Shown one piece after another: positions 19,799 to 31,288 of a stretch of DNA of 61,040 nucleotides; position 1 is the stretch's first letter, and each line of letters begins with the position of its first letter. Under the pieces are notes generated by a model, which saw only the letters and a list, made by a program, of their open reading frames with translations, was not told the DNA's origin and did no database searches. A program made the translations under genes and the position numbers. Origin of the DNA: a bacterium (lineage in GTDB: Bacteria > Margulisbacteria > Marinamargulisbacteria > JABIPA01). The stretch spans positions 1-61,040 of the forward strand of contig JABIQV010000134.1 in NCBI GenBank assembly GCA_018699495.1. The letters run 5' to 3'.

Positions 19799-21307
19799 TC
19801 ATTCAAGAGTTAACGCTCCCCACGGGTTACTTGGAGCTTTCTCGCCTTTTCTTATAGACTGTATTAAATAATAAGCCATCAAAATAACCCCTACTGCCAA
19901 AACCCAACTACCGACTGTCGATATTACGTGATAAACCTGAAATTCAGGATCATAAACATGATATCTCCTCGGCATTCCCTTTGCCCCCATTAAAAACTGA
20001 GGAAAGAATACTACATTAAACCCAATAACAATTAAAAAACAGGCAATCTTTGCCAAAAATTCGTCGTACATTTTCCCAAACATTTTTGGCCACCAATAAT
20101 GAATAGCTCCCAAGAACCCCATTAACACGCCCCCCATCATCGTATAATGAAAATGTGCGACTACAAAATAAGTGTCATGAAGATTCACATCCAAAGAAAG
20201 ACTGCCCAATATGATCCCAGTAAAGCCCCCAATACAAAACAGTAATACAAATGCTACGAAATACAAAAAAGGCGTCTTCGGATCAATTGACCCCTGATAC
20301 ATAGTGGCTATCCAATTAAAAATCTTGATTGCGGAAGGAATCGCTACCAAAAATGTCAAAAGTGAAAAAATCATTGCTGCAAAGTCAGATTGTCCACTTA
20401 CGAACAAATGATGTCCCCAAACCAAAAAACTAATTACCGCAATTCCGATACTAGAATAAGCGATATATTTATATCCAAATATATTTCTCCGACAAAACGT
20501 TGTAACCAACTCACTCATGACCCCCATTGCCGGCAAAATCATAATATATACCGCAGGATGACTATAAAACCAAAAAAAATGTTCAAACAATACAGGGTCC
20601 CCGCCTAACGCAGGATCAAAAATACCAATATTCATTACACGCTCTGCAATTAACAACAGCAATGTAATTGCAAGCACAGGGGTTGCTAATACTTGAAGAA
20701 TTGATGTTGCGTATAAAGACCAAATAAATAACGGCATTCTAAACCAAGTCATTCCAGGAGGCCTCATTGTATGAATTGTGGCAATAAAATTAACGCCTGT
20801 CAAAATAGAAGAAAACCCCATTATAAACGCGCCAAACACCGCTGCAATCACACTTGTATTTGTGTATATCGAATAAGGGGCATAAAACGTCCACCCTGTA
20901 TCAACAGCGCCTAAAAAAACCGAAAGAACCAAGAATAGCGCACCAAATAAAAACAAGTGAAAACTAGCTAAATTTAATCGTGGGAACGCGACATCTTTTG
21001 CTCCTAGCATTAAGGGTAAAAGAAAATTACCAAAAGCCGCTGGTATCGAGGGAATTATAAATAAAAAAACCATAATTACGCCATGCAACGTGAATGCCTG
21101 GTTGTAAACCTTATCCGCCATAAATAACTTATCCGGAGTTATCAATTCAAGTCGTAAAGCTAAAGCGAACAACCCTCCCAACCCAAACCCTATCAGTACC
21201 GACACCAAATACATGATCCCAATACGCTTATGATCTAAGGTGATTATCCAAGACATAAATCCTTTTTTAACTTCATAAAAACTTCTTTTATCTACTACAT
21301 GTGTCAT
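19799..21307 (-). CDS. ctaD: Cytochrome c oxidase subunit I
   Basis: 502 aa. Heme/CuB ligand blocks [25 protein letters not shown] and [11 protein letters not shown]. Confidence 0.95.
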   Translation of the reverse strand: MTHVVDKRSFYEVKKGFMSWIITLDHKRIGIMYLVSVLIGFGLGGLFALALRLELITPDKLFMADKVYNQAFTLHGVIMVFLFIIPSIPAAFGNFLLPLMLGAKDVAFPRLNLASFHLFLFGALFLVLSVFLGAVDTGWTFYAPYSIYTNTSVIAAVFGAFIMGFSSILTGVNFIATIHTMRPPGMTWFRMPLFIWSLYATSILQVLATPVLAITLLLLIAERVMNIGIFDPALGGDPVLFEHFFWFYSHPAVYIMILPAMGVMSELVTTFCRRNIFGYKYIAYSSIGIAVISFLVWGHHLFVSGQSDFAAMIFSLLTFLVAIPSAIKIFNWIATMYQGSIDPKTPFLYFVAFVLLFCIGGFTGIILGSLSLDVNLHDTYFVVAHFHYTMMGGVLMGFLGAIHYWWPKMFGKMYDEFLAKIACFLIVIGFNVVFFPQFLMGAKGMPRRYHVYDPEFQVYHVISTVGSWVLAVGVILMAYYLIQSIRKGEKAPSNPWGALTLE

Positions 21308-21321
21308 ATTTTTGTCTCCGT

Positions 21322-22287
21322 TTACTTTAACGTTTTTATATACTCGATTAAACCTTCAATCTCGCGGTCAGAAACAGACCCCAAAAATGAGCTCATTGGA
21401 ATTTCCTTGTATCCAGACACAATTTTCGCACCAGGATCATTGATAGATTCTTTAATGTAATCTTCATCAGCCACAAGACTTGTTCCATCTTCAAACGTCC
21501 GATTCGAACCAAACAACCCTTTCCAAGTTGGTCCAATTTTTTTTGCTCCATCTACCGAATGGCAAACCGAACATTTAAGATCAAAAACCTTTTTCCCAAC
21601 TACTTCTAATGGAATTGAATCACTGGATAAATTTTCATCCACCCAAATATCGTAATCTTCTTCGCTTAGAACATGAACGGTCGCTAACATTTTTGAATGG
21701 GCATCCCCACAATATTCTGCGCAAAACAATTTGTAACTTCCTGTTTTTTCAGCCTCAAACCACAACCGGGTATACCGATTCGGAACAACATCACGTTTTA
21801 TTCTAAAATTAGGAACAAACAAACTATGGATAACATCTTTCGACGTCATTACTAATTTAACTGGAGTATTAACTGGAACAGCGAATTCCCCCGTTGTTTT
21901 TAGCCCATTATTGGCTGTTTCAAACTCCCAAAACCATTTTTGGCCTGTTACCCTTATTTCCATCGCATCTACAGGCGGTATAGACATTGTTAAAAAATCT
22001 TTATATCCCCAATAAAAAACAAACAAACATAAAATAGTTGGAATTACTGTCCAACTTATTTCAAGAAGGTTATTATGAGTCAGTTGTCCACTTGCTTCGG
22101 GCCGCGTTTCGGATCGTTTATATTTAATCATAAACCAAAACATAACAAACCCAATAGCGAAAAATAAAATTATTGAGATTACCAGTATGAAGTAAAACAA
22201 ACTGTCTACCTGCGCTGCAAATGTTGATATAGGCTCAGAAAACCATATACCACCCTTATCTACTAAACTTTCCGTTTTTTGATTCAT
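21322..22287 (-). CDS. ctaC: Cytochrome c oxidase subunit II with a fused C-terminal cytochrome c domain (caa3 type)
   Basis: 321 aa. CuA site [13 protein letters not shown]-terminal heme c motif CSVCHS. Confidence 0.93.
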   Translation of the reverse strand: MNQKTESLVDKGGIWFSEPISTFAAQVDSLFYFILVISIILFFAIGFVMFWFMIKYKRSETRPEASGQLTHNNLLEISWTVIPTILCLFVFYWGYKDFLTMSIPPVDAMEIRVTGQKWFWEFETANNGLKTTGEFAVPVNTPVKLVMTSKDVIHSLFVPNFRIKRDVVPNRYTRLWFEAEKTGSYKLFCAEYCGDAHSKMLATVHVLSEEDYDIWVDENLSSDSIPLEVVGKKVFDLKCSVCHSVDGAKKIGPTWKGLFGSNRTFEDGTSLVADEDYIKESINDPGAKIVSGYKEIPMSSFLGSVSDREIEGLIEYIKTLK

Positions 22288-23141
22288 TCTTTTCTTCTCT
22301 TCACTAATTTAATAATTCCAAATAACAACAAGACCAGAAAAAAGGCCGCTCCAACTCTCATTACCTTCATAGCTTGAATCGAATATCCTCTTTTCTGAGG
22401 GTCGTAAGTATAACAGAAAAGAAGCACCCTTTCTACACTCGATCTAACAACATCATCCTTTGCTTCAATAATAGCCATTTTGAAATCAAATTCACTAAAT
22501 TGAGCCCCATATAAATACCGTGTGACCATACCGGATGGGGATAAAATAATAAGCCCTGCTGAATGTGCATAGTCGTTAGTTTCTTTTATAAATTTGTAAT
22601 TAAACCCAATTTCAGTAGCGAACTGTTTAATTGAACGGGGAGCACCGAGACTTTCGTTAAGTGTAGAAACGCGTTCAGTTTTGTCCTTACTAAAATAAAG
22701 CCAGGCATCTTTATTATGTCTTTTGTCTAACAACCCACTATATTTCTTAGAGTAAGCCGCTGTTGTCGCAGGGGTGTCGAACTGACTAATACTAATACTA
22801 ACTATCTGGTAATCTTGTCCAAGCTCTAGACTACATCCATTTACCACCTCTAATATACCGTCAGATACTAACCCACAAAGCAACGGGCACGTAAAATATC
22901 CAAACTGTATTACGGTTGGCAATGAAGAATCCAGGGCTTCGCCTAAATCATATGAAGCCCCATCTTCATTCCAAAGAGAAATGTGTAAATTAGGGGTACT
23001 TCCAAGTTTTTCAAAAATACCTATTTCTTTTATAGTCGATTCATTTGAATCCTGCGCCCAGGATTGCGAACAGGTTAGCCCTATTACAATAATTAAAAAA
23101 AATTTAGTTATTGTATTTTTTAACAACGGATTCCATAGCAA
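22284..23141 (-). CDS. sco: SCO1/SenC-family copper chaperone
   Basis: 285 aa. Signal/lipoprotein-like N terminus (IGLTCS), thioredoxin-fold CxxxC (FTCPLLC) and a downstream His (YAHSAGLIIL). The stop overlaps the ctaC start. Confidence 0.8.
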   Translation of the reverse strand: MLWNPLLKNTITKFFLIIVIGLTCSQSWAQDSNESTIKEIGIFEKLGSTPNLHISLWNEDGASYDLGEALDSSLPTVIQFGYFTCPLLCGLVSDGILEVVNGCSLELGQDYQIVSISISQFDTPATTAAYSKKYSGLLDKRHNKDAWLYFSKDKTERVSTLNESLGAPRSIKQFATEIGFNYKFIKETNDYAHSAGLIILSPSGMVTRYLYGAQFSEFDFKMAIIEAKDDVVRSSVERVLLFCYTYDPQKRGYSIQAMKVMRVGAAFFLVLLLFGIIKLVKRRKE

Positions 23142-23427
23142 GTTGAATAGGTATACTAACTACTCCAGCATCTTGATTCAGCCACATTATTGATTGATTC
23201 AATTTTTCTGATTCAACAACTCTTAATTTTGTTAACTGCTTCGACGGCTTAATACTCAATTCCTTGTCTATAATTTCGTCAGACAACGTTGAGCCATAAA
23301 ACACCAAACTGACATAAAATACCCCAAATAAAAACACAATGAATACGATCATTAATGCACCAACGGTAAAGGAATGGGCCTCGCTTTCCTTATAAAACAA
23401 TACGTTTTCTTTATTTTCTTGAGTCAT
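23104..23427 (-). CDS. Small single-TM protein between the act and sco/cta genes
   Basis: 107 aa with one TM helix (FTVGALMIVFIVFLFGVFYVSLVFY). Tightly packed in the operon. It may be an accessory subunit, but no family was recognised. Confidence 0.5.
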   Translation of the reverse strand: MTQENKENVLFYKESEAHSFTVGALMIVFIVFLFGVFYVSLVFYGSTLSDEIIDKELSIKPSKQLTKLRVVESEKLNQSIMWLNQDAGVVSIPIQLAMESVVKKYNN

Positions 23428-23442
23428 AAATAGTTACCTTTC

Positions 23443-24624
23443 TTAGTGGTTTATAAAGTCCTGAGACTCTTTCAAACGTGGGTCCTTAATAGGGTACAAA
23501 GCATACTTACCCATTCTAAAAAATAAAACTGATGCATATATTCCGAATAGTCCAAAAAAGCAAAGAAAATCTAAAGTAGACACGTGAATCCCATGATGAC
23601 TGAAATTTGGCATTACCACCCAGTACAGTTCCAAAAAGTGCATGACGATTAATAACAGAACTACTCCGGCATGAACCTTTAAATTGCGTTTAGCGTGTCT
23701 AGAGGCAAATAAAAAAAATGGAACTACGAAATGAAAGACAATTACAAATATCGCAAATGTGTTCCAGTTGCCCGTAATATGGTGAATGTACCATTCAGTT
23801 TCCTCTGGAATATTTGCGTACCAAATTAAAAAATACTGAGAGAACGCAATATAGGCCCAAAATATCACAAACCCAAAAATCAATTTTCCTAAATCATGAT
23901 AATGCTCAACAGTAATGGTTTCTTTTAAATATCCAAACTGTCTTAACATTAAAGCAACCAGGCTAATCGTACATACAGCGGCCAAAATTCCACCAGCGAA
24001 TATATAAACGCCGATCATTGTAGAAAACCAATGAGGAGTTAAGGACATTATCCAATCAATTGCAGAAAATGTTTGTGTTAAGGCATATACCAAAATCGCC
24101 ACTGCTGACACTTTTTGCATAGACAAAGTTAGTCCTTTATCACCTGACTTGTCTTGATCAGTTGAATTTTTAAAGAAAAATCGGGACAACCAAATCCAAG
24201 AACCAAAATATAAGACAGCTCGTACTATAAAAAAAGGAACATTTAAAAAAGGTGCTTTTTTAGACAAAAGTGCATCATGTAAAACTTCCACCGTATCTGA
24301 CCAATGATAGAGATCGTGTAATCCCAATAATATTGGAATGAACAAAACCGCCATAAGAGGGAGGTTTGCCATCAAATGTTCGGGAATACGTCTTAACCCG
24401 ACGCTCCATCCTGCTCTTGTTAGATGTTGAATAATTACAAAAAACAACGCCCCAAGAGAAATTGTAAGAAAAAATAAATACGACACAAGGTAAGAATAAA
24501 AAAACTGTGTCGAGTCTTCTCTTCCTAAAATTATTGCACCGCAAATACCAACAATACCAACAACCAAGGCTATCTTTGGAAACCTTTTTTCTAAAAACCC
24601 ATTTAATTTATTTACTTCAGCCAT
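23443..24624 (-). CDS. actF: Alternative complex III subunit ActF (NrfD-like membrane subunit)
   Basis: 393 aa, polytopic. Sits after actE in the canonical actABCDEF order. Confidence 0.8.
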   Translation of the reverse strand: MAEVNKLNGFLEKRFPKIALVVGIVGICGAIILGREDSTQFFYSYLVSYLFFLTISLGALFFVIIQHLTRAGWSVGLRRIPEHLMANLPLMAVLFIPILLGLHDLYHWSDTVEVLHDALLSKKAPFLNVPFFIVRAVLYFGSWIWLSRFFFKNSTDQDKSGDKGLTLSMQKVSAVAILVYALTQTFSAIDWIMSLTPHWFSTMIGVYIFAGGILAAVCTISLVALMLRQFGYLKETITVEHYHDLGKLIFGFVIFWAYIAFSQYFLIWYANIPEETEWYIHHITGNWNTFAIFVIVFHFVVPFFLFASRHAKRNLKVHAGVVLLLIVMHFLELYWVVMPNFSHHGIHVSTLDFLCFFGLFGIYASVLFFRMGKYALYPIKDPRLKESQDFINH

Positions 24625-24634
24625 TTTTTACCCT

Positions 24635-25255
24635 TTATTTTAACAAATACTTTAAATTCTCTGGCACGTCATTAATCGATGCATTATTCATCGTTTGCAA
24701 AGCCCTCACATAAGCGACTATCGCCCACCTGTCTTCTGCATCAATTTGTTTTGAATAGGCAGGCATTGTTCTAATTCCATCTGTAATTACAGAAAACAGC
24801 CTCCCATCTTCAAATTCTCGAATCCGCTCATCACTTAAATTTGGAGGTTTCACAAAGCCCCTCTGAACAACCATTCCGTTTCCTGCACCAGTTCTATCAT
24901 GGCACACAGCACAATAAATAGCGTAGCGTTCTTGGCCTCTTTCTAACATTTTCAGATCTACATTTAAAGGTATCGATTCTAAGAAATCACCATTTTCTCT
25001 TTGCCCGGTGTAAACAGGGCCTTCTCCTAACATCTCTGGTCTACTCTTATTTTCTGAATAAACAGCCCCTCTGCCCCAAGCAACTGTACCATGAGGAATT
25101 TCTTCCGTAAATTTTTGAGTATTGAACTTTGACTGCCAATCCATATTAGGGTTTAAATGAAAAGGATTCTTTTCAGTTCGCCACCCTCTACATCCTTGTT
25201 GAAAAACAACCGACACTAAAAATAAAATACAAAAAATACATTTTATGCTTTTCAT
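24635..25255 (-). CDS. actE: Alternative complex III subunit ActE (monoheme cytochrome c lipoprotein)
   Basis: 206 aa. Signal peptide with a lipobox-like Cys (FQQGC). Single CAVCH heme motif. Confidence 0.85.
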   Translation of the reverse strand: MKSIKCIFCILFLVSVVFQQGCRGWRTEKNPFHLNPNMDWQSKFNTQKFTEEIPHGTVAWGRGAVYSENKSRPEMLGEGPVYTGQRENGDFLESIPLNVDLKMLERGQERYAIYCAVCHDRTGAGNGMVVQRGFVKPPNLSDERIREFEDGRLFSVITDGIRTMPAYSKQIDAEDRWAIVAYVRALQTMNNASINDVPENLKYLLK

Positions 25256-25257
25256 AG

Positions 25258-25782
25258 TTATTCCTTGACCCCTGATACATTCGTTGCACCGATTGACTTT
25301 AAAAAGTCTACGATGGACGCTTCGTCACTGTCCAATTCTGACGCGATACTAACAAAAAATCCATGTGAGGCCGCTTTTTTTGAAAAATCTCTATGTTTAA
25401 ATAACCGATTGTACAACTGAGGTAGTTTATTTAATCCAAACATTCCAAATACAGCCGCAAATGCCGCAAACAATACAGTAACTTCAAAGGTTACTGGGAC
25501 AAATGCCTGATAACTAAAAAGAGGCTTGCCACTTATAACCAACGGATAGGCTTCTGTTGCGACCCATGCCTGAAGTCCAAACCCCGCAACACATCCTGTC
25601 AACCCACCACATAAAACAATCCATCCGAGAACACTTCCTTTAAGATCCATAGCATCATCCATTCCATGAATTGGAAAAGGAGAATGAGCATCAAATGTTT
25701 TATACCCAGCTTTATTTGTCTTTTTGGCCGCTCTCAACAGCTCTGTAGGATCTTTAAATTCCCCAATAACACTAATTGCCAT
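25258..25782 (-). CDS. actD: Alternative complex III subunit ActD
   Basis: 174 aa with two central TM helices. Lies between actC and actE. Confidence 0.75.
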   Translation of the reverse strand: MAISVIGEFKDPTELLRAAKKTNKAGYKTFDAHSPFPIHGMDDAMDLKGSVLGWIVLCGGLTGCVAGFGLQAWVATEAYPLVISGKPLFSYQAFVPVTFEVTVLFAAFAAVFGMFGLNKLPQLYNRLFKHRDFSKKAASHGFFVSIASELDSDEASIVDFLKSIGATNVSGVKE

Positions 25783-25783
25783 T

Positions 25784-27166
25784 TTAATGTCCTTCCTTTA
25801 CGTCATGCGCATGCGCTTCAGGCATGACGCCTTTTACTTCTGAAATTGCTATCATAGGAAGAAATTTTAGAAACAATAGAAATAAAGTAAAAAACAAACC
25901 AAAACTTCCTAAAAAGGTACAAAGATCTACCCACGTTGGTGAATAATATCCCCAACTTGATGGTAAAAAATCACGACTTAAAGATGTCACGGTTATAACA
26001 AATCGTTCAAACCACATTCCAATATTTACAGTAATAGATATTACGAACATTGCCGGTATACTCGTTCGAATTTTTTTAAACCAAAATAATTGTGGAAATA
26101 AAACATTACAGGAAATCATTATCCAATACGCCCAAGCGTAGGGACCAAACGCCCTATTCACAAAAGCAAACGATTCATATTCATTCCCAGAGTACCAAGC
26201 AGTAAAAAATTCCATACCATAGGCGTAGCCAACCATTGTTCCCGTTGCAAGAATAATTTTATTCATACATTCTAAATGATGCATTGTCATAATATCTTTC
26301 ATGCCAAATAATTGTCTTGCTAAAATCATCAATGTTACTACCATAGCAAATCCAGAAAAAATAGCCCCCGCTACGAAATATGGTGGGAAAATCGTTGTGT
26401 GCCATCCAGGAACCTGCGATACAGCAAAGTCAAAACTTACGATCGAATGTACCGACAAAACTAAAGGAGCTGCCAACGCTGCTAACAACAAATACGCTCT
26501 TTCATAGTTTTGCCACGCTCTATTTCCTCCAGTCCATCCCATTGCAAAAATACCGTAGACTACCTTTTTAATTTTTGTTTTAGCTCTATCTCTCAAGACT
26601 GCAAGATCTGGAATCAACCCAACGTACCAAAATAACAAAGACACGGTAAAATAAGTACTAACTGCAAAAACGTCCCACAACAGTGGGCTTCTAAAGTTAG
26701 GCCAGACAGACATTTGATTCGGAATTGGAAACATAAAATAAGCAACCCACACCCGTCCAACGTGAATCCCAGGGAAAACTAGCGCACAAATAACAGCAAA
26801 GATTGTCATTGCCTCTGCAAACCTATTTACAGAAGTTCTCCATTTTTGCCTAAACAAAAATAGTATCGCAGAAATCAACGTACCTGCATGTCCAATACCA
26901 ACCCAAAAAACGAAATTTACAATTGCAAATCCCCAGGACACTGGGTTATTTAGTCCCCAAACCCCTACGCCTTCCCATATCAAGAATCCAATCATAGATA
27001 ACAGTAACATTAACAATGAAAAAGAAAAGGCAAGCGCAATATGCCACCACTTTGGTGCTTTTGTCTCAATTGGCTTAACAACTAAATCACTAATACCTTC
27101 GAAATCATGCCCCCCGAGAATAAGAGTGGTGCGTTTTGAAGGATCCTCTGCGATGACTCTATTCAT
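25784..27166 (-). CDS. actC: Alternative complex III subunit ActC (NrfD/PsrC-like quinol-interacting membrane subunit)
   Basis: 460 aa with about 10 TM helices. The start overlaps the actB stop. Confidence 0.88.
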   Translation of the reverse strand: MNRVIAEDPSKRTTLILGGHDFEGISDLVVKPIETKAPKWWHIALAFSFSLLMLLLSMIGFLIWEGVGVWGLNNPVSWGFAIVNFVFWVGIGHAGTLISAILFLFRQKWRTSVNRFAEAMTIFAVICALVFPGIHVGRVWVAYFMFPIPNQMSVWPNFRSPLLWDVFAVSTYFTVSLLFWYVGLIPDLAVLRDRAKTKIKKVVYGIFAMGWTGGNRAWQNYERAYLLLAALAAPLVLSVHSIVSFDFAVSQVPGWHTTIFPPYFVAGAIFSGFAMVVTLMILARQLFGMKDIMTMHHLECMNKIILATGTMVGYAYGMEFFTAWYSGNEYESFAFVNRAFGPYAWAYWIMISCNVLFPQLFWFKKIRTSIPAMFVISITVNIGMWFERFVITVTSLSRDFLPSSWGYYSPTWVDLCTFLGSFGLFFTLFLLFLKFLPMIAISEVKGVMPEAHAHDVKEGH

Positions 27167-30100
27167 GATGGACCGCCTTTTCTAACGTTGGATTTGGATT
27201 TCTAATATTCGCTAAATAAGACGTTCTTGGAGCTAAGTAAAGTTCGTCTAACATATTATAATTGCGGTTTTTTAATTTTTCTCTAGAAACATTGCTGTCT
27301 TTATTTTGAATGTCTCCAAAAACAATTGCATTTGATGGACAAACTTGCGAACACGCCGTCTTTATTTCACCATCGATAATTTTTCTATCTTCATTTTTTG
27401 CTCTGTATTTTCCAGAACTAATCCTCTGTACACAATATGTACATTTTTCCATTACACCTCTCATACGAACCGTGACATTTGGATTAAACTGTTTCTGTAA
27501 ACTTTTATCCGGTTCTCGAAGTAAATCAAAAATGTGTTGACGTTCCTTTTTAACAGATTGTGGATTTGTCTGATGAAAATCGAAATAATTAAATCGTCGT
27601 ACTTTTACTGGGCAATTATTAGAACAATACCGGGTTCCAATACACCTGTTATACGCCATATCATTCAATCCATCTTCACTATGTGTCGTCGCTGCAACTG
27701 GGCATACTTGTTCGCAAGGGGCATTCTCACACTGCAAACATATGACAGGTTGTTGCACCATTTCCGGATTTTCCTCATCTTCTCCAACAAAGTATCTATC
27801 TGAACGAATCCAATGCATTTCTCTCCCTTTAGCAACCTGTTCCTTACCGACAATTGGAATATTATTTTCTGCTTGGCACGCTGTTATACAGGCATTACAA
27901 CCCGTACACTTACTTAAATCAATTGAAATACCCCATTGATAGCCTGTATCGTATTTCTTCTCTTTCCAAATTGCTTTTAAAGGTGGGGTTTTTACCATTT
28001 CTTTTGCGAATTTAGGATCTTCCGTGTAATGAGAAAGGGTGCCTTCTCTATAAACTTCACGTTCATGTAAATCATGAGTTTCCTGGGTACTAGCTACTTC
28101 ATATTCCTTATCGAGTAACTCAACTTTAACTCCATTTACTACATACCCACTATTTGGCAATAATGATTGAACGTCAAACCCGGTATTTTGACCGATTCTT
28201 CCCACATTTGTTCGCCCATATCCCATAAATAGAGAAATAGACTCATCTGCTTGTCCAGGCATTACAATTACGGACGTCTCAATGTTTTCATTTATGCTTA
28301 TCATACTAGAACTTATTCCAGTTTCTTTTTTATAGTCTATCCCTAGTGCCTTAGCCGTTTTTGGACTCACCCATGCTGCGTTATCCCAAGTCAATTTAGA
28401 TATCGGATCAGGAAGCTCTTGCATCCACCCATTGTTAGAAAATCGACCATCATAAACTGAATAATCTGGGTAGATGACAATTTCTACCCCCTCCGTCCGG
28501 TTTATCAATAAGGCCTTCTGTTTTAATTCTGATAATTTAAGTACAGGATTCAACGATGGAACAGGCCGATTTATGCTATTTGCAACAACTCCATTATGAA
28601 GAACCGTGTTCCAATCATCTTTTCCGATTGACGATTTTACCAATTTATAGTCTTCAGCAATAGAACCATCTGATGCCCCCGACAAAATTTGAATAATCCC
28701 AGACGCTGATAAGCCATCTTTAACTATTGGCATTATTACCGGCTGAGTAATCACTCTATCCCCATTTAAAGCCTCTTCATCTCCCCAAGATTCTAAATAA
28801 TGAAGCATAGGAATATTTAATTTACATAACTTACTTGTTTCGTTTGCAGATTCTGTAACATGGACAGAATGAGAAATGTCATTAACCGCCTTAGCTATAT
28901 TTTCATCTTTTAACAAAGACGCGGAGTAAAATGGATTACCCCCAATAATAACCAAGTTTGTTATTTCTTTTGCCAAAATTTTATTTTTCAATATCTCGAC
29001 ACTCTCGGTAGACGACGGGACTAAGCCATCAAACAAATTCTCCTGAACGATGGTTATCGTTTTACCCGTATTGCCCAATGCATAATTTAAAAGAAAAACA
29101 AGACTATGAACGAGAGGAGATTGTGTCCTGCCGGCCAAAATTAAATTTTTACCTCGGGTAGAAATTAAGTCATCAACGATAGCCGAAATTACATCTTTCT
29201 GAATCCCGCTATTTCTTACCATTTTATAAAGCTCAGATAAATGGGCTCCCGTTAAAAAATTTCCAAAAAGAGACGCCTTTTTGTTGTATAACCCAACAAT
29301 TAAGCTAGCTGCGACGAAAATGACATCCGAAGATTTGACCCTGACTCGATGATCAGCTTTACCTCCTGTTATCGAAAACCTAGGCTCGAAAACATATAAC
29401 CTGTTCATTTTTGAAACATCTGGATCTCTACGAGAGGAAAACCCTTTTGCAGCCTTAACAGACCCTGCTTCTAGTCCTAAAAAATCAGAATCTAACGAAA
29501 CAATGATATCTGCCTTTGACAAGTCTGGGATAGTTGTTACGCTCTTGCCTAAAATATCATTTAGACCCTGTTTTTCGTTATCCTCATTCACTGCTTCGTA
29601 CTGTAATACAACAGCGTCCGGTGCTGAAACTTTTAATTTTTTAAGTGCCTTTATATAAGAAGGAGAGTTCGAGGCTTCAGAAACAATTACCGTACCCTGT
29701 CCATTTGTTTCTTTTATAGAGAGACTAATTTCCGCTAATTTGTCGCGGCTTTTAGTTGTTTCCTCTCCATCTTCCTTGGCTAATCCAAGCCTATCCGGAT
29801 CATACAAATTAAGAATAGATGCTTGAGTATAATGGTTTGTACTTCCGAGGTTGTATAAAAAATCGGGATTCCCCTCGATTTTTGTCGGTCTACCTTCATA
29901 GGTTTCAACCAATATACCGGTTACGTCCCCTGCAATTCTAGCTCCACTTGCATAATAAGTTGCGATTCCTGGAATCATATTTTCTGGACGTTTTACATAC
30001 GGCGTTATTTTTTGATCTGGACGTCGGAAATTACATCCCGTAACGCCTGCAAACGCCGCACTAGCTCCTACAAGCTTTATAAACGTCCGCTTGCTTTCGT

Positions 30101-30245
30101 CGGAAGGAGCGTCCATCCCACCTTTAAATTCGTCACCAAAATCGCCTACAACTTGCTGATCCGCTGATTTCTTTTTTAAAAGATGCGAAAACCCAGACCA
30201 ATATGATTTATCTTTATATGATGTTATCTGTGACATGTACTGCAA
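27159..30245 (-). CDS. actB: Alternative complex III subunit ActB (molybdopterin-oxidoreductase-like domain fused to an FeS domain)
   Basis: 1028 aa. Tat-like [17 protein letters not shown]-terminal ferredoxin motifs [25 protein letters not shown] and [12 protein letters not shown]. Confidence 0.92.
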   Translation of the reverse strand: MQYMSQITSYKDKSYWSGFSHLLKKKSADQQVVGDFGDEFKGGMDAPSDESKRTFIKLVGASAAFAGVTGCNFRRPDQKITPYVKRPENMIPGIATYYASGARIAGDVTGILVETYEGRPTKIEGNPDFLYNLGSTNHYTQASILNLYDPDRLGLAKEDGEETTKSRDKLAEISLSIKETNGQGTVIVSEASNSPSYIKALKKLKVSAPDAVVLQYEAVNEDNEKQGLNDILGKSVTTIPDLSKADIIVSLDSDFLGLEAGSVKAAKGFSSRRDPDVSKMNRLYVFEPRFSITGGKADHRVRVKSSDVIFVAASLIVGLYNKKASLFGNFLTGAHLSELYKMVRNSGIQKDVISAIVDDLISTRGKNLILAGRTQSPLVHSLVFLLNYALGNTGKTITIVQENLFDGLVPSSTESVEILKNKILAKEITNLVIIGGNPFYSASLLKDENIAKAVNDISHSVHVTESANETSKLCKLNIPMLHYLESWGDEEALNGDRVITQPVIMPIVKDGLSASGIIQILSGASDGSIAEDYKLVKSSIGKDDWNTVLHNGVVANSINRPVPSLNPVLKLSELKQKALLINRTEGVEIVIYPDYSVYDGRFSNNGWMQELPDPISKLTWDNAAWVSPKTAKALGIDYKKETGISSSMISINENIETSVIVMPGQADESISLFMGYGRTNVGRIGQNTGFDVQSLLPNSGYVVNGVKVELLDKEYEVASTQETHDLHEREVYREGTLSHYTEDPKFAKEMVKTPPLKAIWKEKKYDTGYQWGISIDLSKCTGCNACITACQAENNIPIVGKEQVAKGREMHWIRSDRYFVGEDEENPEMVQQPVICLQCENAPCEQVCPVAATTHSEDGLNDMAYNRCIGTRYCSNNCPVKVRRFNYFDFHQTNPQSVKKERQHIFDLLREPDKSLQKQFNPNVTVRMRGVMEKCTYCVQRISSGKYRAKNEDRKIIDGEIKTACSQVCPSNAIVFGDIQNKDSNVSREKLKNRNYNMLDELYLAPRTSYLANIRNPNPTLEKAVHHE

Positions 30246-30916
30246 TCCTCTCTTGGATTAATATGATATTTCTTAATCAATTCATTACCCAACTCTTCAG
30301 GATTTTCCACTTTCCATCCTAAATCCGTTACGTATTTTTTTGGTCTAATATTTTTTGCTGGATTTCTATGGCAATCCAAGCACCATCCCATGCTCAGGGG
30401 CTCAACTTGATAGACTCTCTCCATTAAATCGACACGTCCATGACAACTCACGCATGAAACCCCTGAATTGACATGCTGACTGTGATCAAAATACGAATAT
30501 CCGGGAAGCCTATGTATTTGTTCCCATTCTATTTTATGGCCTTCACTAAAACTTTCGCGAATTTTTAATATTTCTTTGCTGTCCGTTTTAACAACGCTAT
30601 GACAATTCATACATGTCTCTGTTGAAGGGATTGTTGCAGCAGGGCCTTTCTCGACATTAACGTGACAATATCTACAATCAATACCTAACTGCCCAGCATG
30701 TAGCTCATGACTATATTCGATCGGCTGTTCAGGCGCAAAACCTATATTAAAATTTCTAGGAGAAAACCAGTACCAAAAAATAAAAACAACGGTGCATAAC
30801 CCAATGACTGTTGAGAGGGCCAGTATTAAAGGAACCCCATTTGTCCACTTGGGAAATAAAAAAAGCTCTTCTTCGCTACTTATATCTTTCTTATCCATTA
30901 ATCCATCCCAATTCAT
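30224..30916 (-). CDS. actA: Alternative complex III subunit ActA (pentaheme cytochrome c)
   Basis: 230 aa. N-terminal TM helix and five CxxCH motifs (CRYCH, CMNCH, CVSCH, CLDCH, CSTCH). Confidence 0.92.
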   Translation of the reverse strand: MNWDGLMDKKDISSEEELFLFPKWTNGVPLILALSTVIGLCTVVFIFWYWFSPRNFNIGFAPEQPIEYSHELHAGQLGIDCRYCHVNVEKGPAATIPSTETCMNCHSVVKTDSKEILKIRESFSEGHKIEWEQIHRLPGYSYFDHSQHVNSGVSCVSCHGRVDLMERVYQVEPLSMGWCLDCHRNPAKNIRPKKYVTDLGWKVENPEELGNELIKKYHINPREDCSTCHR

Positions 30917-30985
30917 TTATTAAAATTAAAACAACACTTTTTATAATTACAATTTCGCGGCTAGTATAGCAGTTAAATGTCAGTG

Positions 30986-31020
30986 AATAAACCCTTTTTA
31001 AATACGCAAAAGGGTTTATT
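30986..31020 (+). terminator. Perfect 13-bp hairpin followed by a T-rich tract, in the actA/hppA divergent intergenic region
   Basis: AATAAACCCTTTT-taaatacgc-AAAAGGGTTTATT, then TTTAATTT. There is no upstream plus-strand gene for it to terminate. Confidence 0.4.
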
Positions 31021-31288
31021 TTAATTTCAAAAACCCCTCCCAAAACCCATTAAAATTTTCACTTTACATCTACGCGCTTATTATTCATAATAGCCAAATA
31101 TTTTTTCGAGTATAAATAAGGAGAAATCCTAGTTTAATTAATTCCAAAATTGGATAAATATAAAATAATTTTAAGAATAAATAAAAATAGAACTCTAAAT
31201 TCGTTTCTTTAATACACTAAGTATTAGCTAAAAATTATGAAACACTTGTGAGTTTTTTTTTGTGTTTTAATAAAAGGAGAAAAATAAA

